64,000 nt of DNA from an uncultured Hormoscilla sp. (GTDB lineage: Bacteria; Cyanobacteriota; Cyanobacteriia; Cyanobacteriales; Desertifilaceae): the NCBI GenBank assembly GCA_963921275.4, contig OZ001293.3, forward strand, positions 6,624,001 through 6,688,000. The letters are read 5' to 3'. The notes beneath the pieces are model-generated. The model was given only the letters and a program-made list of their open reading frames with translations, was not told the DNA's origin and did not search any database. This document shows, piece after piece, positions 34,188 through 46,824 of the stretch. Made by a program: the position numbers and the translations under genes. Each line of letters starts with the position of its first letter. The first letter of the stretch is position 1.

Positions 34188-35693
34188 ATGAGACGCAGAG
34201 CTTGGCTGTACGTCCTACTTTTTTTGTCCGTCCCGGCGGTGGCCATTGCTGAAGATCAGGCGGCGGGTCGGGGTTTCATGGCCAGCATTGATGCAATATT
34301 TTCCCAAATAGTGGCTGCCATATTCAGCGTGCTATTCTTTAGCATCGGGGGTTTCCCCCTGATCGTGCTGTGGCTGATCGGCGGTGGGGTATTCTTCACG
34401 ATCAGAATGAATTTTATCAATCTGAGGGGGTTTAGACATGCTATAGATGTGGTGATGGGGAAATACGATGACCCAGAAGAGACCGGAGAAGTATCCCATT
34501 TTCAAGCCCTAGCCACAGCACTCTCAGCTACGGTAGGACTGGGGAACATTGCCGGAGTGGCGATCGCGGTGAGTGTGGGCGGACCGGGTGCGATATTCTG
34601 GATGAGCCTGGGGGGTCTGTTGGGAATGACCAGTAAATTTGTAGAATGTACCCTGGGACAGAAATATCGGATTGTTAAGTCAGACGGGACGATCGCTGGC
34701 GGACCGATGTATTATCTGTCAAGAGGCTTGGCTAGTATGGGACAGGAGAGTCTGGGCAAGGTTTTAGCGATTCTGTTCTCGGTCTTTTGCCTGGGTGGGG
34801 CATTTGGTGGCGCGAATATGTTTCAGGCTAACCAGTCCTACGGTGCAGTTGCTACTGTATTGCCTTTCTTACCTAAGTGGCTGTATGGTTTGATTCTCCT
34901 GACTTTAGTGGGACTGGTAATTATTGGTGGCATCAGACGCATTGCTCAGGTAGCAGGTACGATCGTTCCTGTCATGTGTGGATTGTATGTTTTAATGTCT
35001 ATCTTCATTCTGCTGATGAATTTTACCGCTATTCCCGGGGCGATCGGCACCATTATCTCGGAGGCATTTGTGCCCCAGGCAATAGCAGGTGGTATGATTG
35101 GTACGATCGTCCAGGGATTCAGGCGATCTGCTTTTTCCAATGAGGCAGGTATAGGATCGGCGGCGATCGCCCACTCGGCGGCCAAGACTTCTGAACCCGT
35201 TCGGGAAGGCATTGTCGCCCTGCTAGAACCCTTTATCGATACGGTAGTTGTCTGCAACATGACCGCCTTGGTAATTGTGATTACAGGTGCCTACAATAAT
35301 CCTGCGTTTTCCGATATCAGGAACCGGGGTGCAGGTGCAGAACTGACTGCAGCTGCTTTTGGAACAGTAATGGCATGGTTTGCTATACTGGTGGCGATCG
35401 CTGTCTTCTTGTTTGCCTTCTCCACGATGATTTCCTGGAGTTACTACGGCGAACGTTGCTGGGAATATCTGTTTGGTGCTGGCAGCTTAATGCTCTACAA
35501 GGTATTATTCTTGATAGCTATCTTCATTGGCTCGGTAACCAAACCAACGACGGTAATAGACTTCAGCGATGCCATGCTCCTAGCGATGGCATTTCCCAAT
35601 TTGCTGGGTGCCTACTTCCTATCTGGTCAAGTGGTAGCAGACCTCAAAGACTATATGCGTCGCCTGAATTCTGGAGAGATGACGTCAGTTTAG
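34188..35693 (+). CDS. agcS: Alanine/glycine:cation symporter
   Basis: ATVGLGNIAGVA, GGPMYYL, FSNEAGIGSA, ISWSYYGE. Confidence 0.93.
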   Translation: MRRRAWLYVLLFLSVPAVAIAEDQAAGRGFMASIDAIFSQIVAAIFSVLFFSIGGFPLIVLWLIGGGVFFTIRMNFINLRGFRHAIDVVMGKYDDPEETGEVSHFQALATALSATVGLGNIAGVAIAVSVGGPGAIFWMSLGGLLGMTSKFVECTLGQKYRIVKSDGTIAGGPMYYLSRGLASMGQESLGKVLAILFSVFCLGGAFGGANMFQANQSYGAVATVLPFLPKWLYGLILLTLVGLVIIGGIRRIAQVAGTIVPVMCGLYVLMSIFILLMNFTAIPGAIGTIISEAFVPQAIAGGMIGTIVQGFRRSAFSNEAGIGSAAIAHSAAKTSEPVREGIVALLEPFIDTVVVCNMTALVIVITGAYNNPAFSDIRNRGAGAELTAAAFGTVMAWFAILVAIAVFLFAFSTMISWSYYGERCWEYLFGAGSLMLYKVLFLIAIFIGSVTKPTTVIDFSDAMLLAMAFPNLLGAYFLSGQVVADLKDYMRRLNSGEMTSV

Positions 35694-35845
35694 GAAAATG
35701 GCGAATGGCCAATAGCGAATGGAAAATGGAAAATGGAAAATGGCGAATAGACATGAATAAATAATCAACTTGATTTAGTGGTTAGTGGATAACTGACAAC
35801 TAACCACTAACCACTGACAACTAACAACTGACAAAAATTCACAAT

Positions 35846-36280
35846 ATGAGTTTGTTTACTAAAGGCAGGGTGCTTGTCCCGATTGATTTCTCGGAAGCAT
35901 CTTTTAATGCGGTGGCGGAAACCAGAGGATTTGTAACAGATGCCTCTCATTTGTACATCCTCCATGTATTAACCCCTCTCCACCAAGGGGAACCCGGGGT
36001 AATGTGGCAAACTGTGAATAATGAGACGCGCAAACAGCATGTAGAACAGGAATTTTATCGGCGATGCCAAGGACCAGAATATCAGGGAGTTCATTTTAGC
36101 GTCCTGGTGGGAATCCCCAGTGAGAAAATTATTGACTATGCCAATACAAACGACATTAATCTGATTGTTATCCCCTCCCACGGACGCACGGGTATCAGTC
36201 GATTTCTTTTGGGGTCTGTGGCGGAACGGGTGGTAAGATTTGCCCATTGCCCGGTGCTGGTATTGCGACGCTCGGACTAA
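35846..36280 (+). CDS. Universal stress protein
   Basis: VLVPIDFS, SHGRTG..RFLLGSVAERVVR.A.CPVLV. Confidence 0.92.
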   Translation: MSLFTKGRVLVPIDFSEASFNAVAETRGFVTDASHLYILHVLTPLHQGEPGVMWQTVNNETRKQHVEQEFYRRCQGPEYQGVHFSVLVGIPSEKIIDYANTNDINLIVIPSHGRTGISRFLLGSVAERVVRFAHCPVLVLRRSD

Positions 36281-36293
36281 TCGAGTTAAACAA

Positions 36294-36856
36294 TATGATA
36301 TTAGACTTTTTGCCCATCACTGCCAAGGCGGCGGGAAACATTAAGGGTTTGTTAGACAGGGTAGATGCTTTGGTTTCCCAAGTTTTGGAAGTGGTAAATG
36401 ATGCTATATTTTTTAGCATCGGCGGCATGCCTATTGCAACTTGACTGCCTTAGTAATCATCCTTACTGAAGTCTATGATAATCCTGAGTTTGCTAGCTCT
36501 CAACTCGCCTCCGCTACCTTTGGAGAAGGGATCGCCTGGTTTCCTTATTTATTGGCGATCGCACTTTTTTATTCTCCTTTTCCACGCTGATTTCTGTAGC
36601 TTACTACGGTCAGGTTTCCTGGGAATATCTCTTCAGTTCCAGAGGTACAATTATTTTTAAGGTCTTGTTCTTGGTAGCGGTCTGGTTGGGGTCTATCGCT
36701 TCTCCCCAGGTAGTGCTTCAATTCGGCGATGCTATTTTATTCGCAAAGGATTTCCCCAACCTGTTGGGTATTTTCTTCCTTTCCAACCAAGTCGCTGTAG
36801 ACCTAGAAGATTATCTTCACCGCCTCCAGACTGGTCAGATGCATCATTCTCCCTGA
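36294..36856 (+). pseudogene. Degraded second alanine:cation symporter
   Basis: FFSIGGMP and FPNLLG.FFLS.QV..DL.DY match the N- and C-termini of 34188-35693. Confidence 0.65.
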
Positions 36857-36988
36857 TGACGTGGCCTCAGCCATAGGAACCGTCGCAGTTGCCCCTGTAT
36901 TTTTTTGAGTTTTTTAGATTATAATTAAAGTAGAAGGAAAAATTAATCCAGACAAATAAAGTCCATCCCGAAACGGAGGGCCACAGCC

Positions 36989-38113
36989 ATGAAGGAGACA
37001 ATCGGTGGGAACCTGACTCGCTACCGCAAAGGTTTAGGCTTATCCCAGAAAGCCTTAGCCGAGAAGGTTGGGGTCACTATTGAAAGTATCAAAAAGTATG
37101 AAGACGCCAAAACTCTACCAGACAGTAAAACCTTGTCTAATCTTGCTCGTGCGTTGAACGTAACCTTAGATAATTTGCTGCGTTCCCAAAGCTTTGGGGA
37201 TGCAACATCCTCATCGATGGAACTGCCTGATTTTCGTTTTCGCGTTCATGGCAGTTTTAAGGAAAACCCTCAATTTACCGCCAGAGTTTGGCGAATGCTA
37301 GAAACTTACAACGCTATAGAAGCCGCAGTTGGAGTTCCTCCTTTTGCCCCAGAAACTCTCTCGTGCGATCGCCTCGAAGGCAAGGAAAAATTAATTCAAG
37401 CTACGGCTACTCGGTTTCGCGGTAGTTTGGGATTGGGTGATGTTGCAGTTACTAACCTATTTCAGGCGGTGGAAAAACTAGGATTAAAAGTTTTGCGCCA
37501 ACCGCTCGAGATTCCCGGTTTTTTTGGAATTAGTGCTTGCAGCTTTGTTCGCGGTGCGTTTGTTCTCGTCAACACCCACGAAATTACTATCGAACGCCAG
37601 TTGTTTACCCTCGCCCACGAACTCGGATATTTGATATTTCATCGAGACGAGTATGGAGGTCACCTCATAGAAAAGGGAAGTAAAGAAGCAGAAAAAGCAA
37701 GGGAGAAAGTAGCAAATTACTTTGCCAGTCATCTGCTGGTTCCCCAAACTGAATTAGATCGCGTCTATCAGTACGATCGCAATATCCTTCAACTCAAGCA
37801 GCACTTTCGCGTCAGTTACCAGGTCATTTTAACTCGTCTGGCAGAAATGGGAGCGATCGACTATCAACAAGAAATTAATAAAATTCGCGCTATTTACAAA
37901 AATCGGCATGATTCGCCCCTGAAAAATTCAATGGAGTTACCGCCAGCACTTAAAGCCGAAGACTTTCCCGAAAATCAACGCTATCGACAGCTGATCTGGC
38001 AAGTTCTTGATAAAGGTAAAATTTCTGAACTGAAAGCGGCAGAACTACTCAACCTCACGGTGGAAGAACTGCGAATACGTCGTCAAGAAGCAGAGGTCTA
38101 TGCAATCTCTTAA
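36989..38113 (+). CDS. XRE HTH plus ImmA/IrrE-family (DUF955) protein
   Basis: N-terminal HTH, RQLFTLAHELG, E..ANYFA..LL. Confidence 0.88.
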   Translation: MKETIGGNLTRYRKGLGLSQKALAEKVGVTIESIKKYEDAKTLPDSKTLSNLARALNVTLDNLLRSQSFGDATSSSMELPDFRFRVHGSFKENPQFTARVWRMLETYNAIEAAVGVPPFAPETLSCDRLEGKEKLIQATATRFRGSLGLGDVAVTNLFQAVEKLGLKVLRQPLEIPGFFGISACSFVRGAFVLVNTHEITIERQLFTLAHELGYLIFHRDEYGGHLIEKGSKEAEKAREKVANYFASHLLVPQTELDRVYQYDRNILQLKQHFRVSYQVILTRLAEMGAIDYQQEINKIRAIYKNRHDSPLKNSMELPPALKAEDFPENQRYRQLIWQVLDKGKISELKAAELLNLTVEELRIRRQEAEVYAIS

Positions 38114-38600
38114 TGGAACTATTCTCGACACCACCGCCATTATCGACTTTCGCTGGCTGAACGAGTGGGAGTGGTTAAAACAAAATTACAGTCCTCTGTA
38201 TATCGCCCAAGAAGTTTTGGACTCGGACAATCTAGAACTGCCTACCCGCCAAGCAGCCAGCGAACATCTAATGCCCCTAACTCTTGACAGTGAGGAAATG
38301 TTTGTCAGTTTTCTGGAGTTTGGCACTCAAGCGCCTTTACTTAGCGAAGCCGATCGCTCTACCCTCGCCCTTGCCGGCCATCGTTTATTATTATGTGCTA
38401 GCGATGACGGGTTAGTTATTGAAACTTGTGAGAAATACGGTATTACCTACACTCGAATGTTACGGTTATTGACAGAGATGGTGCAGACTGAGCATAAAAC
38501 TGTCGCAAAAGTTAAAGCGATGGTGCAGATTTTAATTCGTGATCGCGCCAAACGAATTTCTCCAGCAGTTTTGGCAAGTTGGGAACGCAGTTTAGAATAG
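38100..38600 (+). CDS. PIN-like domain protein
   Basis: ILDTTAIID, LSEAD, SDD; overlaps the upstream gene. Confidence 0.7.
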   Translation: MQSLNGTILDTTAIIDFRWLNEWEWLKQNYSPLYIAQEVLDSDNLELPTRQAASEHLMPLTLDSEEMFVSFLEFGTQAPLLSEADRSTLALAGHRLLLCASDDGLVIETCEKYGITYTRMLRLLTEMVQTEHKTVAKVKAMVQILIRDRAKRISPAVLASWERSLE

Positions 38601-39115
38601 GATATGGGGTAACTTAAAACCGACAGAGCAAAATTTATACTCTTTTGTTAATTGCTTCCTGCAATAAATTTGTAGAAACCAGATATGTACTTTTCCAGGA
38701 GCAATTGGCAATGCTATACTGCCAACGGTCAGGAACTGAGCTTTTTTTGAGCCGTGAAAGAATGTCATTGCGAGGGGGGGATAATTGAGAGATACTTGCG
38801 CTCTTTGAGATACTCCCCCTCGTTAGCACGCTTCGGGGGACTTCCTGCCAAGCAACTGCCATGTTATCAAAACTCCATTCCTGCTGTGCTGGCCCGGCCA
38901 ACATCACCGGCTGTGATAATCTCTGACAGGAGGCGATCGACAGTAACCCTGGTAAAATTAACAGCAATGAGTACAGCTTAATTTTCTGTTTTAACAAGGA
39001 TACGATCGTCATCTTTTTCCTTAATTTTACCCAGTAAATGTCCTCCAACTATGCCCAGGCAACTAATGCAAGAACATTGAATTTTAACTGGTAATACAAC
39101 CTACCGTACTCAATC

Positions 39116-39379
39116 TTAGTTGTCCAAGGGCGGGCGATCGCCTTTAATTAAATCGAAAGGGGGGCGCCGATCGCTCCAGGCCCACCAAGCACAGCCGCAC
39201 TGACAGTGGTAAAATTCCTGGAACTTGCGGCGATGTCCTTCTGTGTAGACAGGCGATCGCCGATTTAGCCAGACCCCCTGGGCATCCATAGAACTAGATC
39301 CACACCTGGGACAGCAGAAGTGCAGGGCGTGAATTGCTGATTTAGTCCATTCTGGCGAGTTGACATCGAATGCTTCCAT
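39116..39379 (-). CDS. Small Cys-rich hypothetical protein
   Basis: CPRC and CQCG motifs. Confidence 0.7.
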   Translation of the reverse strand: MEAFDVNSPEWTKSAIHALHFCCPRCGSSSMDAQGVWLNRRSPVYTEGHRRKFQEFYHCQCGCAWWAWSDRRPPFDLIKGDRPPLDN

Positions 39380-39480
39380 AATTATTCTGTTCTCAGGATT
39401 CCGATCTGATTGCGATTTTTATTGCTGGCTGTTTAATCTTCTCATTGGTGGCCGCCACCGTCTAGTTGGAGGTAAAAGAT

Positions 39481-40884
39481 ATGAACTTGACATTAAACTT
39501 GATTTCGTTTATAGGCATTTTTGGCTTATGTCTGGTGGCTTGGCTGGGTTCTGAGAATCGCCGCATTATCCCCTGGAAGACGATCGTTGCTGGCATTGGC
39601 CTGCAACTGGCGATCGGGCTGTTGCTATTCCAGGTGCCCGGAACCCGCCAATTCATTGTACTATTAAACGATATCCTCAATCCTCTGATTGATGCTTCTG
39701 AGGCCGGGGCTAGGTTTATCTTCGGTCCGGGATTTGTCGGAGAACCGGCATCGACTCCTGGACCGGGACCGGCGGCCCGCTGGATCGCCAGGACTATTAC
39801 TTCGCCTTACGCGCCAGTACCGGGCGATCGCCTGGGTCTGGATAACCTCAACTTAGGATATATCTTTGCCTTTCGGGCCCTGCCCCAAGTGGTGTTCTTT
39901 TCGGCTATTGTAGCGATGCTATACAGGATGAATGCCATCCAACCCATTGTCCGGGTCTTTGCCAAGCTATTTCGCCGGGTGATGAATCTCAGCGGTGCCG
40001 AGTCCCTCTCCGGTGCTGTTAATATTTTTGTGGGCATAGAATCGGCGATCGCAGTCAAGCCGTTTCTATTGGATATGACTCGCAGCGAACTCTGTGCCAT
40101 CTTAACATGCTGCTTTGGTTCCATTGCTTCCACTATCCTGGGACTCTATGCCAGTCTGCTGCGACCTACCTTTCCTGGTATAGTCGGTCATTTGATGTCT
40201 GCTTCTATCCTCACCATTCCCGCCTGCTTCGCGATCGCTAAAATTATCGTACCAGAGACTGAGGTGCCGAAAACCTTGGGCGGGGTGCCCAAAGAGGAAG
40301 AAGACCCCAAGATCGGCAAACCCAGTTACATGGATAGTCTCATTATGGGGAGTGGGGACGGAGTCAAAATGGCAGTGGGGATCGCTGCCATCCTGATCGC
40401 TATTCTGGGTTTAGTAGCCCTGCTGAATTCCTTTTTTGCCTTTCTCGCTACCCGGCCCGCGATCGGACCAGTCTTTGCCGTAGTAACTTTAGATAATATC
40501 TTTGGGGCCCTGTTCTTTCCCTTGACTTTCCTCACTGGTGTCTCCCTGAATTTATCGGAACTCTGGCAATGTTCGGTGCTGATCGGGCGGCGGGTGCTGC
40601 AAACGGAAATTCCCTCGTTTATCGCCCTCAATCAACTTTCCGCAGGGGGCGCTTTGAGCGATCGGGCCTTGTTAATAGTCAGCTACGTTCTCTGCGGTTT
40701 TGCTCATGTCGGATCCTTGGGGATATTCGTGGGTGGTTTGACCAGTTTGATGCCTCAACGCCAGCAAGACATTAGTTCCGTAGCCTGGAAAGCCCTCTGG
40801 GCCGCTACCTTAGCCACCTTGATGACAGGTTGTATTGCTGGGGTATTTTATTTCGGTGACTCGGCTGCCATTTTAGGTAAATAA
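39481..40884 (+). CDS. Concentrative nucleoside transporter (NupC/CNT)
   Basis: FAF.ALP.VVFFSA, SGAES, NIFVG, LCGFA. Confidence 0.9.
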   Translation: MNLTLNLISFIGIFGLCLVAWLGSENRRIIPWKTIVAGIGLQLAIGLLLFQVPGTRQFIVLLNDILNPLIDASEAGARFIFGPGFVGEPASTPGPGPAARWIARTITSPYAPVPGDRLGLDNLNLGYIFAFRALPQVVFFSAIVAMLYRMNAIQPIVRVFAKLFRRVMNLSGAESLSGAVNIFVGIESAIAVKPFLLDMTRSELCAILTCCFGSIASTILGLYASLLRPTFPGIVGHLMSASILTIPACFAIAKIIVPETEVPKTLGGVPKEEEDPKIGKPSYMDSLIMGSGDGVKMAVGIAAILIAILGLVALLNSFFAFLATRPAIGPVFAVVTLDNIFGALFFPLTFLTGVSLNLSELWQCSVLIGRRVLQTEIPSFIALNQLSAGGALSDRALLIVSYVLCGFAHVGSLGIFVGGLTSLMPQRQQDISSVAWKALWAATLATLMTGCIAGVFYFGDSAAILGK

Positions 40885-40886
40885 AT

Positions 40887-41546
40887 ATGAAACGTAATCG
40901 CTTTTGGCTAGTTGGTTTAATGCTTCTGACCGCCCTGGTTCTGATTATCTGGTCGCCCTTTTCCCAGCCCCTCACCCCCACCCTCAAGGGTGGGGCTACA
41001 AGGACGAAGCCCGCCTGCGCGGGCTTTCTCGGGGAAACATTTTGCGACAATAAAATACTCCCAGCAGCATTGGCGACAACGCCGACTGAATCTTTTTCTC
41101 TGGGGGGAACTTATCAAGACCCTGCCGGACGGTTTCAAGTAGGAATTCTGGAGGGATATCAGGTCAGTGCGGTTGGTGTTTCTCCTTTATTTTCATCTCC
41201 TGATGGGAATTTGGCCTATACTGTGGTGGTGCGATCGCGCAGCAGTAGCAGACCTTTGACTGTTGCTACTCTGGCGCAAATCGCGATCGATACCTTCCAA
41301 CGGGGCGAGGGATTTATCCCCGATCGGTTTCGACCTTTGGGGTCGGGAAGGGTGCAAGTTCCTTGGACTGGTAGTTTAACTATAGGGGGCAATACTCAGC
41401 CAATGAATGGGATTATTTTCGTCAGTCAGCCACAACAGGATATACTCATGCTGTTGATTTCGGCAACTCAAACAGGGCGCGATCGGGTTAATACTGCTGT
41501 TGCTACCCTTGCTGACACTTTTAAACCTAGAGAGTCCCGTTCGTAG
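40887..41546 (+). CDS. Secreted/membrane-anchored hypothetical protein
   Basis: N-terminal TM segment; directly follows the CNT gene. Confidence 0.7.
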   Translation: MKRNRFWLVGLMLLTALVLIIWSPFSQPLTPTLKGGATRTKPACAGFLGETFCDNKILPAALATTPTESFSLGGTYQDPAGRFQVGILEGYQVSAVGVSPLFSSPDGNLAYTVVVRSRSSSRPLTVATLAQIAIDTFQRGEGFIPDRFRPLGSGRVQVPWTGSLTIGGNTQPMNGIIFVSQPQQDILMLLISATQTGRDRVNTAVATLADTFKPRESRS

Positions 41547-41626
41547 TAAGCACTAAAGTGCTGACGGGGTTAGTAGTAAGCACTAAAGTGCTTACGAGGT
41601 TAGTAGTAAGCACTAAAGTGCTTACG
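41542..41626. repeat. Tandem GTAG-type palindromes (gtagtaagcactaaagtgct) x3, 29-bp period
   Basis: Direct inspection; related copies near 27257, 56600-56655 and 60635. Confidence 0.85.
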
Positions 41627-42058
41627 GGGCGCGAAAGCGGCTCCAGTTTTCGCCAGAAAACGCTGCCATAATTGTCGGTGACAGAAATATTTTCGTAAGC
41701 TCTAGCCTCAATATATTGACCGAGTTTAGTTTATACCATTGGGAGCATCCCAGAGAAGCATCTGTATTATAATTTGAGCCAATCTAGTAATAGATGGGCG
41801 TTAAAATCACCGCGTAGCGTCGCGAGGTACGAAGGGATCTGAACCGCGTAGCGTTGCGAGGTACGAAGAAATCTAGAACTACTCCCGGAGAACTACGAAC
41901 CCGAGAATTTGTGCTTTTATGTGTGCTTTTATGCTTTAGTGAGAGGGTGTGGTCAAAACCCGTTGTTACTCGGCGGAGCCGCCCTAAAGGGCCCGGCTAC
42001 AGGAACAAAGCCCGCCTGCGCGGCTATATTACATGCATCGCGTCTCGGCACCTGGCTA

Positions 42059-42580
42059 TCAACTACTTGTGACCGTACCCTTAGTAAGATGCGCCCTATA
42101 CCATTGTCCTATTCTAACGAATCTAAGTAACTTGTCAGCTGTCTTTGATAAATTGGATAATTGCAAGGCTATCTTGATGGCGGTATGTACTTGAACCGAA
42201 TCGATTTCTTCATAAAGATGAACCAGTCTATTACGTAAAGTTCCCGAACGTGCTAATACTTCTGCTAACTCTGGTGTAATAATTCCGCATTTACCCAGAT
42301 ATATACTACAAACGGTCATCAACTGCGTTTTTAGGGTAGTAGTAATGTCATTGCGAGGGGGGGAATAATTGAGAGATCCTTGTGTCACACCCGGTAGATT
42401 TAGGCGGAACTTTAGGAAAATTTAGTCGGAGGACCGTGAATTTCTCCCGCTACGCGATCAACAGGTTTTGACCACACCCCTCTTTAAGGCCCTCGAAAAG
42501 CATCAAATATACCAGCTTCTTTTTCATATAATAGGATACTATCACGAGGGACAAAACGAGTCATCAGTGCGGGGTCTCCC
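42059..42580 (-). pseudogene. MNT/HEPN (HepT, DUF86) toxin-antitoxin remnant
   Basis: LRNRLVHLYEEID (RX4H); upstream fragment ILLYEKE. Confidence 0.6.
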
Positions 42581-42721
42581 GACCAGGAGATACCGCGCTG
42601 GTGGGCACCGCCCACCCTACTAGCTACATTTAGTCTACTACAGAAATTAGATCGCAGGGTTGACACAGTCAGGGAATTTATGTTATAGTATGGGCATCAT
42701 CAAGAAAAGAGTGAGGACAGC

Positions 42722-45011
42722 ATGGCATCGCGACTCTGGAGGTTCTTAAACACGGACATTCGAGAATTGTTCTCCGCCGAAACCATCACCGATTTTTCCG
42801 GAACGGTGGGGACGGAAGCAGCAGGGGCAGTCTTAGAATTGGCCAATACCCTGCAAGAAGAAGGTCCTAATGTCCAACAATTAGCGCTATTAGTGGGGAA
42901 GATTTCTACCTTACTGGATGTTTTGAACTCGCCCTTAGGGGAAATTGTCGGGGCGGGACTGCCTTTTGTCTCGATGGCGGCGAAACTGCTAGGGTTTTAC
43001 CTGGAAAAAACTCAAAAGCCGCCCACGCTAGAACAATGCGTCGCCCTTGTCAGTCAAGCAGCTTATCTGGAAAGCTTGAAGGGATTTCTTAAAGATGAGG
43101 ATCTGTTAAGTCGCATCGGCCAAACTCCGGTTTCCGCATCCGTAAAACAAAAAATTAAACAGTTATCCGAGTTGGAACTGGATGAGGATGACGCTAGGAA
43201 AGCAGTGGTTTGCTTCCATGACTGTAAATTGGCAGAAGCATTTGGTCAAGTGCTGTTCGCACGATTGCAAGATGCAGGACTAGAACCGGCAGAAGCTGAG
43301 ATTTTAACGGCGCGAGTAGCTGGGAATACTTATCGCTATATGATGTCAGCTTGGGCCGAGTCGGGGGAAGCTGTCCCACATCTCGGAAGGACAGCAGCAG
43401 TGGTTGGGAAAATGGGAAGCGATTTTCGGTAGGGAGAAAAGGGAAGCATTTGAGGCATTTTTGCAAGACAGGTGCTGTCCGGAACGGGTGCAGGAAAAAT
43501 GTGGCCAGGAACCGCTATTGTTGTATCTGTTGGCAGCAATGCACCGAGATGGGGAGTTGCAAGTAGATGATTTTGATGGTGCCAGCAGTACGGGCGCGAA
43601 AATCTTGATTTACGAGCAGTTTTTGGATTGGGTGCTGACAAAGCAGCGTCCGGAATGGCTGCAACGGGAGTTAACCGAACAGGAAATAGAAGATTGGCGG
43701 CGCATTCTTTCGGAAGCAGGGTTGTGCGTGGTGCAGTCAGGATGGGAGTTTGCTTCTGTAAAGGAGATCGAGTCCCGTCTGAAACAGGATGAAGGGGCGA
43801 AGGCGTTACTGGAAGAGGCGCAAAAAGGCATTGGCGACGATCCTTTGCGAAATGCATTGGTAGCTTTTTATATTCAGAAAGGCAGTCAAGAAGGTTCGGT
43901 GCAGTTCACCCACAAGAGTTTTGGCGAGTTTTTATGTGCAGATCGCCTCAAGGAAAGTATACTTGACTGGACAGAACGGAGTCGGAGACGTAAAAAGTTT
44001 AATATCCAAGAGGAACAACTGCATTGGGAAATATACGACTTGCTGGGATACGGGGCCCTGACGCCAGAAATTGTGGAATATCTGATGGGGTTGCTGACTG
44101 CTAGCGAGTATTTTTGCCCTGTGGAGTTGTTTGAGCGGTTGAAGGATTTCTATTTCCGCTGGTGTGAAGGGGAATTTATAGACGCGCCGCCAGAAAACCT
44201 ACCTCAGGAAAAGATGCGGCAACTGCGCGAGCAAGGAATTCAGCTCGGTTTGCTACAGGTGGACGTATATGCTGGACTGAACGCGATGATTCTCTTATTG
44301 GAGTTGCACCGCTATGCTCAGAAGAGGAGTAATCTGAAAGATAAGATTGTTTTCTATCCTTGTGGGGAACCAAACCCTGAAGGCGAACTTGACGATCCAA
44401 CGCTGTTTTTACGCATTATCGGTTATAGCTGTTGTATTGGCAATTGGGGTTTTTGCTACACCGTTGGGCAATTCCTCAGTGGCGCAAATCTTAAGAAAGC
44501 AGACTTCAGTGACGCAAACCTCAGTGACGCAAACCTCAGTGACGCAGACCTCAATGAGGCAAACCTCAGTGGCGCAAACCTCATAGAGGCTGACCTCAGT
44601 GGCGCAAACCTCATAGAGGCTGACCTCAGTGGCGCAAACCTCTATAAGGCTGACCTCAGTGACGCAGACCTCATTGATGCAAACCTCATAGAGGTAAGCC
44701 TCGGTGACGCAGACCTCAGCCGCGCAAACCTCAGTGACGCAAACCTCATTTGCGCAAACCTCTATGAGGCTGACCTCAGTGACGCAGACCTCACTGATGC
44801 AAACCTCATCGAGGCTTACCTCGATGACGCAGACCTCAGCCGCGCAAACCTCAGTGACGCAAACCTCATTAGCGCAAACCTCGGTGGCGCAAACCTCAGC
44901 GACGCAAATCTTAAGAAAGCAGACCTTCGTTGCGCAAACCTCATTAGCGCAAACCTCAGTAGCACAGACCTCAGCGACGCAAAACTTGAGGAAGCAAACC
45001 TCAGGAGTGCA
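42722..45011 (+). pseudogene. Pentapeptide-repeat protein (NACHT-associated type), exon 1; frameshift/deletion near 43400
   Basis: PLLLYLLA, FTHKSFGEFL, long A(D/N)LxX repeats; no Walker A seen. Confidence 0.75.
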
Positions 45012-45846
<835 letters not shown>

Positions 45847-46119
45847 AACCTCAGAAGAGCAAAACTCAGTGGCGCAAACCTCAGGAGTGCAAACCTCTAT
45901 AAGGCAAACCTCAGTGGCGCGAAGCTCATTGGCGCAGACCTCAGTGGCGCAAACCTCATTGGTGCAGACCTCATTGGTGCAGACCTCAGGAGAGCAAAAC
46001 TCAGTGATAACGCTTTTCGCGATTTCCGATGGGATACCGATACGAACTGGAAGCATGTTCGCGGGTTGGAGACAGCGGTTAACCTGCCCGAAGCCTTGAG
46101 GCGACAGTTGGGACTGTAG
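45847..46119 (+). CDS. Pentapeptide-repeat protein, exon 2
   Basis: [12 protein letters not shown]...[13 protein letters not shown]; in frame after splicing. Confidence 0.8.
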   Translation, partial: NLRRAKLSGANLRSANLYKANLSGAKLIGADLSGANLIGADLIGADLRRAKLSDNAFRDFRWDTDTNWKHVRGLETAVNLPEALRRQLGL

Positions 46120-46380
46120 ACAGTACCAGCAAGTCAGTCTCATAGCCCGCCGTGGGTTATTTCCCACGGCTAATAGCTCAAGTCCACTAAAGTGGACTAA
46201 ACATTTTCTCAACAAGGTTTTCAGTCGGTTTTCAACCGACTTTAGCCTCGTTACCTGGCTGCGCCAGGTAACGCGGGGGTTTGAACCCCCTGGGGGTCAT
46301 CAGCCTAATCGAGAATGATGCATGAACTCACGTTATCATAAATGGAGGTAATAGCTCCGACTCTTAAGTAGGAGGCAAAT

Positions 46381-46824
46381 ATGCCCAATCAAAGCAACAA
46401 GGAAACGGGAAAAGTTTTCACCAGTTTGACGCTCATTAATCGCGCCGACCAAATTCGGGCAGAAGATGGCAATATTTCACCAGACAAAATCCGGTCGATA
46501 ACTCTCAATAATGTCTTGGTAGACACGGGAGCAACTACCTTGTGCTTGCCACAGGACGCGATCGCCCAATTAGGACTGAAACTCCTGAAAGAAGTAGACG
46601 TAGCAACAGCAATGGGCATTGGCAAAGCCCGAGTTTTTCGAGATGCAACCATATCCATGTTTGGGCGAGAAAGAACATTTGAGTGCTTGGAGTTGCCTGA
46701 AAGCGGAGATGCGCTTTTGGGAGTAATTCCTTTAGAATCTTTGGGTTTAGAAATAGACTTGCAAAATCAAACCTTGAAACCATTGCCCATCAGTCCAACA
46801 GAAACATATTTGACGATTTTGTAG
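46381..46824 (+). CDS. Clan AA aspartyl protease-like protein
   Basis: LVDTGATTL, ALLGVIPLE. Confidence 0.85.
   Translation: MPNQSNKETGKVFTSLTLINRADQIRAEDGNISPDKIRSITLNNVLVDTGATTLCLPQDAIAQLGLKLLKEVDVATAMGIGKARVFRDATISMFGRERTFECLELPESGDALLGVIPLESLGLEIDLQNQTLKPLPISPTETYLTIL

Noticed and set aside
41542..41626. Possible CRISPR array
   Set aside because: The 29-bp period has near-identical 8-9 nt linkers and no unique spacers or cas genes; these are REP-like palindromes
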